Source of the DNA: Salisapilia sapeloensis CBS 127946
Lineage: Eukaryota; Protista; Oomycota
Direction of reading: 5' to 3'
DNA: 50,492 nt
Assembly (NCBI GenBank): GCA_023334545.1
Contig: JAADVB010000135.1
Span: 1-50,492, forward strand
Positions 41,701-50,492 of this stretch are shown here, one piece after another (within the stretch, counting starts at the first letter, position 1; each line of letters opens with the position of its first letter). The translations under genes were made by a program, and so were the position numbers. The notes below the pieces were generated by a model. It had not been told where the DNA came from. It did not search any database and worked only from the letters and a program-made list of their open reading frames with translations.

Positions 41701-44700
41701 ATTGGTTCTGAGATACTAATGACTCGAAGGGACTGCTCTATCGTAGTCGAGACACAGAAGACAGCCTTTGGCTGGTTCTTAGCCGTCGCCTCCACTTGTA
41801 GATCAGAGACCGAGTGCGTTTGCGTTGGAATCGGAGCACTCCAGGCATAATCCGATCCAGACGGACGCACCCGTAGCTCCGAGCCGAGCGACAGCTTAAG
41901 TGGAATAGCAGTCTCCTGCAATGGTACCAACGTACCAACCTCCACGGGTGCATGCCACGATGGGTCATTCACAAGCATGTCGACACTAATGGACAATTTG
42001 CTCACTAATTTCACTGGAGATGACAACGACAGAACGATACGTCCATCCACTAGCTTCGAGTATCCATTCAGCACATACTGCGACTGTCCTCGCGTGTTGT
42101 GTACCAACTGGAACGGACGAGAGCCAAGCTCTTCAAAAGTAATGTTGAACAGTGGCTGGAAGTCAGATCCGAGCAACTCGAGGCACAGACTTAGATTTTC
42201 CGTCCGTTCCTGTAGAGAATACTTTCGCACGACACCACTACCACGACCAACACGATGGATGTAGTGCACATCTCCAATGCCTTTGTTCGGCAGTACTTGT
42301 GGCTCTGTCGACATTTTGTCACCCATGAGCCAATACCGAATCTCTAGTCCAGTGTCATTTTGCAGCACACATGGCGCCATTTTCTTTTCATCGTTCGCAG
42401 GTGACAAAAGTGACTCGCGAAGAGCTGCGTGGGACGTATCATGTCGCCGCTTCCATGCGCCACCTGCAGATGCCACGACTTCTAGCAGTTGATGTGTGAC
42501 GATCATATCCAACGGCTGATTCGCAGTCAGGATGATATGGAGTTCACTATCAGAGCTACCAAACAGGTCGTGCTGCTGTGAATCGTTCTTCATTGTCCCT
42601 TGTACAGAGACTTCAAGTGTCCATTCGGAGCACATCGGATGCCATTTGCGCGTGTCCGGACTATAGTACGAGATGATCGTCGTTAACGCTCCACCACCAG
42701 AGACGGATGCAAGTCCTTCTGTAGATGCGTCATTGACGTTTAAAAAGAAATTTCCACGCTGCATTTCGAGCTGAGCTAGTCCCATATCACATCCGCCGCA
42801 GTCGTTGATGAGAGTCAACGTCATAGACTCGACTTCGCACGTAAAGTAGCGATGTAGCTCCAGCGGAGTTTCCATCTCCTCTGGCTGGGACGATCTATGC
42901 TTGATCAATTTACTGCGACTCGATGGACTAGACAGTGTATGATGTCGACGCTGACGTTTAAGCACACTTGCCTGCTGCTTTATGCTTTCATACTCGTTTA
43001 TACTACTCGTTAAATCCTGCAACGTGTCTGTCATGGTGCACACATCTTGATACGACAAGTAAACTTCGATCGGACTGAATTTAAGCGCGACAATCTGTTG
43101 TCGTTGACCTGCATTCGGGAACAAGTCATTTACGTCGACATGCAAGTCACAAGGTTCGAGGATCTGGATCTTTGCTTCCGAGGTACCATTCGGACCGACT
43201 AAACGCTGAACGTTTTGTAAGTAGACTTGAATACCTTTTGCGTCTGCTACGAGACTGCTTTGAACGTCCAAGTCAGTCGTGTTAGCTTTTGATCGCCCAC
43301 GCTTGGACTCTGGATTGATCGTTCCTCGAAGAGTACAGTCAGCACCGAGCATGATCTGAGGACTCGTACGAGAGTACGCTTCTTGCGGCAATGCAACAGA
43401 CATGCGTTTCGCGGCAAGAGAGATGGCGATGACAAACTCTGGTCCATCTGCTTCCGTCAGCATCTTCGTGACGCTTTTCGGATTGGAACTGTCGGCAACA
43501 CCAAACAAGTCTTCCGGATCGTCCGTCTCCATCTGCTTTGCATCGTCCTTATCAGAGGACTTATGAGGAAGCATGAAAAAATCGACGATGCCAAGAAGAG
43601 GCTTAGGCACAGCAACGCCACGCATGCCATTTAACTGAATGTCGACATGGCAGTGCAGCTCGTCTTCGTTCCAAGTGTACACCACCTTTGCCTCTTCGGT
43701 ACATGCTGCCAGCGTTCCTACAGGTAAAAATTCATCTGAAGTGTCCGATTGCTCCTTGCTTTCAGATTGCAACAGAGACGCAACAGCGTCGTTTTCATGC
43801 GACTGTCTAGCAGTATTCACTTGCGCATCCTGGACGACAAAGGCACCAAGACAGACGCAGACAGTCGGGTCTGCGTCATTTCGCTGAGATAAAGCAACGT
43901 CCAAGTTCGTCGCTGTTAGCTCCACAAGCGCTCTTTGCTGAAATGCATCATCTGTCCTAGAGCTCGTAATCACTTCTTCCAACAGTTTGCATCGAACGTG
44001 CTGTGTGGTAAAAGCGACATGCAACGTCACATCCTCCATGTCAGTACGAGAATACATGTAGTTAATGTTCGGTCGAGTAGGTGACAACGATCTATCTGTC
44101 GCCTCGTCTTCACTTTTCTCATTCGGAAGATCATCTGCTCCAAAGTTTTGCTGTATCAGAGCTACGAACATCAAATAGTGATCACGCATGATCTCGAGTG
44201 CTACATCTGACATGGAGCAGGCAATGTTAAACCGAGGTAGAGGACTCGGATCATCCAGCGTCACGTGGTTCGTAAACAGGTCTTCCAAATGCACGCCAAC
44301 CTCCAGTGGATTCGCAAGCACACTTTTATACTGCACTTTGCCCATGGCATCAGACGACAAGGTCGTGCAGTAGACATTTACACCCGTGGCGCGTAGTTTT
44401 TTACAGTCTGCACGAACTGAGATGCATGTGTCAGACCGTTGGATGGCACTATCCAACGCCTGATCAAAGACGACTTCCTTCACACGCTCGACTTCTCCTC
44501 CTTTCTCGCCATAGTAATGAATGGCGCTGAGAGGATAGTGCTCTAACTCGAACGTCTCGGTCGTTAGTTTGATATGACTCCGTTCTTCCATCTGAAGAGG
44601 TAGGATCACCGTCGAATTAACCGCAGATACTTGGAAGGTCACACTGCCCTGTTGCTCGCTTAGCAGTAGCTGTGTAGCATTCATGAGTGTCTGACTAAGC

Positions 44701-47700
44701 ATAGCACCAAGGATGCCTTCAAAGAGGTAGTCGACTAGTTCTAGTATCTGCTGATGGAAGTACACTACGCGTACGGGTTGTACGTCAAGACACACGAACG
44801 ATGGGATCGAGTTAGATGGATGATGCGTATAGGTGAACGAAATAAGTGCTTTAGACGATCCTTCGTCAGAAGCGGACTCGGTTAAGCCGAGCAGAGGCGA
44901 ATAGAAGGAGTCCTTTGCCATACTCAAGTCCGTTGCAACGATGTTTCCCAGCGATCCATCGACTTTAAACACCATCTCGTCCGAGTCCTTGCACTCGTGC
45001 ATATACACTGTCGCATTCGTGTCGTTAAGTGACACACTCAATAGTTGTCGGTCCTGATCATCCTTGTTAAACGTGACGCTAAACTGCACTAACGATGCTC
45101 GAACGTAGATGAGCGGAAGAGACTGTTGTGCCTCCGACGCAGTAGTATCAACGTCCTTTCGTCCACTTCCATCATTTTCTTTCGCGTCATGATCACCAAA
45201 CAAGTGTTCAAAGTCTCGCGTGTCGACTCCATTCATATGGTGCTGCAATGCTTGCGTGTACGACATGAGGATGCGGTACAAGAGTGCCATGGACGATGGA
45301 TTCCACTGCACATTTAGCACATTGAACTTGACGTCCACTTCCATCTGACTCGCACTTTTGTTTACGTCCGTCTTCTTCGGCAAGGCTTGATGCTGTGGAT
45401 ACGCAACGACATCCACGGACACCAAGTGCGTGTCTTCTGCATCTCCTGTCGAGATGAGTTCATGGTATTTCGACGAAGCATCGTACAATTTGTCTTGCAT
45501 GTGGAGTGACTGAAGCTTAGCACCAAACGTGTAATAATTCGAAAAGATGGATGCAGCAAAAGCAGTGCCGACGACTTTAACGACAAATGCGTCTTGCTCT
45601 GCCGATTCCCTCAGTCGTAGTTGCACCTCTTTAATCGATAGTTCAAGAGACCAGAGGTACGCTTCATGCGATACGTCTCGGGACGTAGCAACATGTTCAG
45701 ATACGCCAATAGACAGCTCCGTGGATTCTACGTTCGTCTCCACGTCTCGTGGAGGAGATTTGTTTTGGTTCTGCTTTGCAGATGCAGCCATGATGGACGA
45801 ATGGATGCGAGCTAAAGCAGTTAGTTGCTGCTCGTTCACAACGACCGAGATCTGTGGAATCGTCGCTTGCAACGTGACATTCGGTGTCTTGTCCAACGGC
45901 AAATTCTTCGTTCGAGACAAGACACGACGTTCCGTCGGTGTCAGCCCAAGCGTGCGGACGCCAAACGACACACTCAACTCTTCCAACACTCGATCGCAAC
46001 CACCGTAGGACGCATCAGCACTTGCGCCATCAAATTGATTAAGAGTACCCAATAACACACGAATGTTATTAACTTCCATACGCCAATGGTAGTGTGGCAC
46101 TTGCTCCAGTGTTTCTACTTTGTCATGCAACACCGGAGCTTCTTCATTCTGGAAAGTAAATTTACCCAAATCCAATAAGACGACACTTGTCTTTGGATTT
46201 TGTACCATCTCTGGAACCACAAGCACCGGTGCTTGTAAATCTACTAGAACATCATACTGCAGCTTTTGTTGACCAGTAAGCATAGTCGATAGAAACAGCT
46301 CTTCTTCTGCTTCTTGCGAAAAGATCCAGTCGGAGACAGAGGACGTCGCAAACGTCCACATGCGATCAATCTCTTCCTCTTGCATCACACTCATGAAGAA
46401 ATCTCCTACCTGCATCACGAACGCTGGATCTATCATCACTTGCAGTGGCATGCAAGTCAGACGTAGTCGTAACGTCGACAAGTCGTCCTTGTCTTCCGAT
46501 CGATTCAATCGAACGGACAGATCCACGCATGGTGCAGATGGCGTCGACTGTTCGGCTTGTGGCGTGAGGTGACAGAAAGAATGAAACGCAGTGTCCTTGG
46601 CGCATCCGTTGAGGACCTGGAACCTTTGGACACGAAGCTGTGTGTCCCAGTCATACGACGGACGGACGCTGCCTTCTAACGACCCATCTAGCGTCATCTT
46701 TAGCATATAAGCATCTGTTTGAGAGCTTTTCTGAACCAGCTCCACCGACCCTTCAAGCAACTGGAGCTTTACAGACAGCAAGTTACAGTCACTTGGTACT
46801 GCTTCCGCCTCCTCTCGACTCACGACTTCATCGTATGCCTCCTGTAAATCTTTCTTTCCTTCCGCTGTTAATAACGTCTCTTCTGGATTTTGACTAGCTG
46901 CCTGCTCCGTCGATCCGAAGAAGTAGTCGTACCAGGACTTGCCTTGACCACCACTGTGTGCTGTCTCTTCCTCCTTACGCTTTGCAGCCTCTCGTTGCTC
47001 TTCATCCTCCGCGACGTCTCGCACAGCCATGATCACATCGATCGGATACTGGTCTTCATAAGCTTGCAGCTGCTTATTTGCATCCGAATGGACGTCTAAA
47101 ACACCTTGGTGGCGAATCTTTTCTTTAAAAGCAGCGATGTACTTCCTTCTCTCTTCACCAGATAGCTTGACACTTGTCCAACGAACACGTAGTCCACGCT
47201 TTAACGGCGCCTGCACTTGATGATTCAACGAGAGGTTTTGAGAGGTGGAGCGAGAGTGAGCAAGAAGCACAGCATAGTCCCACCAGGCTTTCGGATCTCG
47301 CTTAGGGGGATGTAGAGGCCTGTGGTGCGCATGGAAAAAGTGGCTCTCAATCGCCTGTCGACCCGCAAAAGCCTTTTGAAGGAACACCATGTCCTCGTAC
47401 TGTTCTCTCGACAGTTTGCAGCGAATCTGTTCGACCTTGGACGTGACAGCGTACTTGGCCGCTGCGCTATAGTCTCTACTTTCATTCTTTGTGAATTGCA
47501 CGGCCAAGGACATGGGATGGATCATCCAATTCCGAGTATCGCCTGGGGAGGAAGCTTCCGTCATATTCGATAGCATGTCGATTAAAGTCGCTTCGATCTG
47601 TTTTGCTGGCAGCGTCTGGATCAATTCTGCATCCGTGTCGGACATCACACGGTCCCAGTAGATACTAAAGTGACTAAATCGAAGGATCTTGTGCATGAAT

Positions 47701-48362
47701 TTTGTCAGGATGGTACTACGATCGATGAACGTCTCCTTTCCATCTGCATCTGTCGTGTGGAAGCTCACCGTTTCGAGCATCATACCACAAGCAAATGGGA
47801 TCGATGGATTCGAAATCCGGTCTTCATAACGAATGTGGATGTCCTTGACTGTGATCTGAAGATTGTCTATGATTCGAGCCGAAAGACGAGTGAAAAAGGT
47901 GGATTCGTCATCTCCGTGGCTATCATACTGCGCTGCCATCCGTTGATGCTGTCGAAGCAGCTCCTGTCTCTCCACACTGCTCCGATGTGCTCGACGACGT
48001 TGTTCGTCCGTCGGAAGTTCTGTCTTGGGAGCTACTAGAGCCGTGACACCTTCCAACGTCACTTGCACACTGGAACTTCCAAGGTGGTTCCAAGGTACTT
48101 GTACATGAAGCTTCTTTACACTTCCTCGAATCACGGACACTGGTAGTTCCAGCTCTTCCAAAGCATCGGTCTTTAAAGCTAGATCCTGGAGAGATAATTC
48201 GCCACTCCAGATCCCCACCTGTAAAGAGTCGCCACTGAGTCCATCGACGTATTTACCGAGTTGGGACTCAAGGATCTACAAGTAGATCCGCACAAGTGAA
48301 TATAATGATTGGACAGTATATATGCGTTGAAGACGCACCGAAGAGATGATCGCTCGTGCCAT
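38751..48362 (-). CDS. VPS13: VPS13-family bridge-like lipid transfer protein with C-terminal PDZ, 2 exons, about 3182 aa
   Basis: Exon 48362-48339 (MARAIISS), intron 48338-48276 (63 nt), exon 48275-38751. Chorein-N (LGKYVDGL....LQVGIWSG.L.L.DL, IIDNLQIT.KDIHIRYED), P..WW.YA, repeating beta-groove repeats, VAB repeats (P...L.N.TG, P.W..NRTG, PRY...NRT), VPS13_C-like QIDD...S.YP.VL, then a PDZ-like domain near 38815-39041. Confidence 0.92.
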
Positions 48363-48946
48363 CTCTCAAGAAGCCTTGTATCCTCTCGTGAATATCGAAT
48401 TATATCGGACGATCGTATGTTTTTCGTTCTCATCTTTTCTTGTATGTTCTTAACAGAAAAACAGTTTTGTGTCTATTTCACTTTTACGAGCCGTTTCTCT
48501 TCCATGTGCACAATCCATGAGCTATCTTTATACAACTAGGAAAAATTCATGAAGGATGAAGTATCCCAAAATGCAGGATAGCTTTTAGTAGTCTCGTGAC
48601 GGATAGCTCTTTCATGGTGTGATTACGTTCTATATAATGTTTAGAACAACTCTGCCGGCTCAAAAGTGAATGTCGGTACACGATATCTCCTCGCTTCGCT
48701 GCGAGCTCAAACTCATGGTGCCATCTGGACGTGTGTTTTAACATCTACTTAGGCTCATCCAGCGAATGAACATGCAAGCAGCCATAACTTTGATTCATAA
48801 ACGGCTTTGTTTTTTTCGCCATTTCGGCTTCCGATCACTATCGCAAAGAACTCCATTCTCATAATGTTCCACACGACCTATTTATAGTTAATAGCTTGAA
48901 TGAGCGCGTAGAACGCATTCTCAAACTCTACACATTCGCACCAACG

Positions 48947-50492
48947 ATGGTTCATTTCGGGCTGCGTTTACGTGAAAATGCTTATGCGCAGTGGAAACAC
49001 GAGTACATTAAATATAAGAAATTAAAGAGGGCTCTACGCAAGCTACAGCATGCAGGTCAAGATGTAGGCGTTGTGCCTTGTAGTGAATTAAGAGATGCAG
49101 TAGAAACTGATGAAGTCGTACCCGTTTCAGAATGCCTTCAGTCAAGTAAAGATTCACTACCTGTTCAACCATCAGAGTTTGAAGGGCTATTGGAGCAAGA
49201 GTATCAGCGAGTGGAACGCGCATATCTGAGTCACACGGACGAGATCGCTGACCAATTACACTTGCTACAGCACCAGTTTCGTGTGGATGCTTCAGGTGTG
49301 ACCCAATTTTCGCTTAAAAATGCTTTAACGGACCTACATCGACTGTCGAACCACTTGCTAAACTTCGCATTGATGAATTACACGGCATGCGTAAAAATTT
49401 TGAAGAAGCATGACAAGAGATTAGCACAATTACGGCCGCCACTTCGAGCTTTACACATTCAACGGCTCCAGAGCGAATATCAATTTGCAGCTGCCACAAA
49501 AGGACGTGAATTGGTGAGAGAAATTGAAGAAACCTACGCGAATGCATTTTGTGATGGAAACCTAGGCGTTGCATCAGCATTATTAACGGCCAAAAGGGAA
49601 GATTTCACAGATTGGAGTCAGATTTACATCGGCTGTAAACTCGGTGCTTGCTTTGTCTTGCTCATTACCGTCGTATGGGACTCGTTAATAGTTCCATTTC
49701 TGAACACAGAGAAGGATAAAAACCCGATTGATTTATCATTAACGAGAGCTTATCCTGTGTATCGTGGTCTTGGAGGTGTATTACTGCTGCAATGGATGCT
49801 AGGGCTTTCCTTGTATGTTTGGAGGAGCGCTCGTATTAACTACAACTACATTTTCGAACTGCATCCTGGTCGCTCCGTCAATTACGCACAAGTGTTTAAT
49901 GACGCCACAAACATGACCATTGCGTATCTTATCAATGTCCTGATGTATTATAAGGTGGTGAATGGTCACTTCCCAGAAGAACTATTGCCCCGAGGATACT
50001 ATCCTCTAATCCTATATATTTATGCGATATATTTTTATCTCTTCAGACGACTGCGCCAACAAGTAGGATTTTACAAAACAATCCTGCAAGTCGTATGTTC
50101 TCCATTCGTTATGGTGACTTTCTTACATACCTTTGTCGGAGATTACCTTACGAGTACCGTGAAATTGACACAAGATTTATCTTGGTCAATTTGTTTCTTC
50201 GCCAGTAGCGAGTTCCTTGAGAAGGATAAATCGGATAGCTACTTTGACGAAGAGGGCAATTCTACAAACTCCTCCATTATTCCTGCAAGCAATTGCAACT
50301 CCAACAAATACTATATTAATGTTGTGCTACCACTGATAAGTGCATTGCCGTTATGGTGGCGGTTCCTACAAAACATACGAAGAGTCTACGATACTGGAAG
50401 GTGGTGGCCTCATCTTGCCAATGCCATCAAGTACGCTCTCACACAAGTCGTCGCGCTCTTCGGACTCTTCCACCCGTTCTACCACCTGAGCT
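48947..50492 (+). CDS. SPX-EXS phosphate exporter (PHO1/XPR1/SYG1 family); runs off the right window edge
   Basis: ATG 48947, open to the window end. SPX: MVHFG...W..EYIKYKKLK...LL.F..MNYTA.VKILKKHDK. Then YP.YRG, WRSARINY.YIFEL, VTF..TFVGDYLTS, ALPLWWRFLQ.IRR.YDT...WPHLANA.KY. Confidence 0.92.
   Translation, partial: MVHFGLRLRENAYAQWKHEYIKYKKLKRALRKLQHAGQDVGVVPCSELRDAVETDEVVPVSECLQSSKDSLPVQPSEFEGLLEQEYQRVERAYLSHTDEIADQLHLLQHQFRVDASGVTQFSLKNALTDLHRLSNHLLNFALMNYTACVKILKKHDKRLAQLRPPLRALHIQRLQSEYQFAAATKGRELVREIEETYANAFCDGNLGVASALLTAKREDFTDWSQIYIGCKLGACFVLLITVVWDSLIVPFLNTEKDKNPIDLSLTRAYPVYRGLGGVLLLQWMLGLSLYVWRSARINYNYIFELHPGRSVNYAQVFNDATNMTIAYLINVLMYYKVVNGHFPEELLPRGYYPLILYIYAIYFYLFRRLRQQVGFYKTILQVVCSPFVMVTFLHTFVGDYLTSTVKLTQDLSWSICFFASSEFLEKDKSDSYFDEEGNSTNSSIIPASNCNSNKYYINVVLPLISALPLWWRFLQNIRRVYDTGRWWPHLANAIKYALTQVVALFGLFHPFYHLS

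Overview
Eukaryotic nuclear DNA, very probably from an oomycete. Evidence: START+FYVE-like proteins, bZIP proteins with an oomycete-type C-terminal domain, an AA17-type LPMO, Inr-FPR core promoter motifs and very short GT-AG introns (mostly 49-63 nt). I support 18 protein-coding genes. In order: partial folate/biopterin transporter (-), START-FYVE-like (+), NDUFA4/B12D-like (+), TBCE (-), PPR protein (+), MFS_1-like (+), spliced hypothetical (+), MECR/ETR1 (-), kinesin-13 (+), MATE (-), truncated UVSSA-like (+), importin-5 (+), second START-FYVE-like (+), bZIP paralog 1 (+), secreted AA17-like LPMO (-), bZIP paralog 2 (+), bacterial-looking NiaP/SV2-type MFS (-), then an atypical VPS13 (-) and a partial SPX-EXS exporter (+); counting both edge-truncated genes the total is 19. 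Exon junctions were worked out by hand and all multi-exon models keep frame. No rRNA, tRNA, CRISPR or intact mobile element was seen; one possible decayed hAT relic is low confidence. Most interesting: (1) a VPS13 whose usual ATG_C/PH end seems replaced by an unassigned beta-rich domain plus a PDZ, with five spaced [D/H]LFG motifs; (2) two bZIP plus putative START-like paralogs sharing a WSxWSF motif and flanking an LPMO gene; (3) an intronless MFS with bacterial NiaP-like signatures. Family assignments are from motif recognition only; no database search was run.
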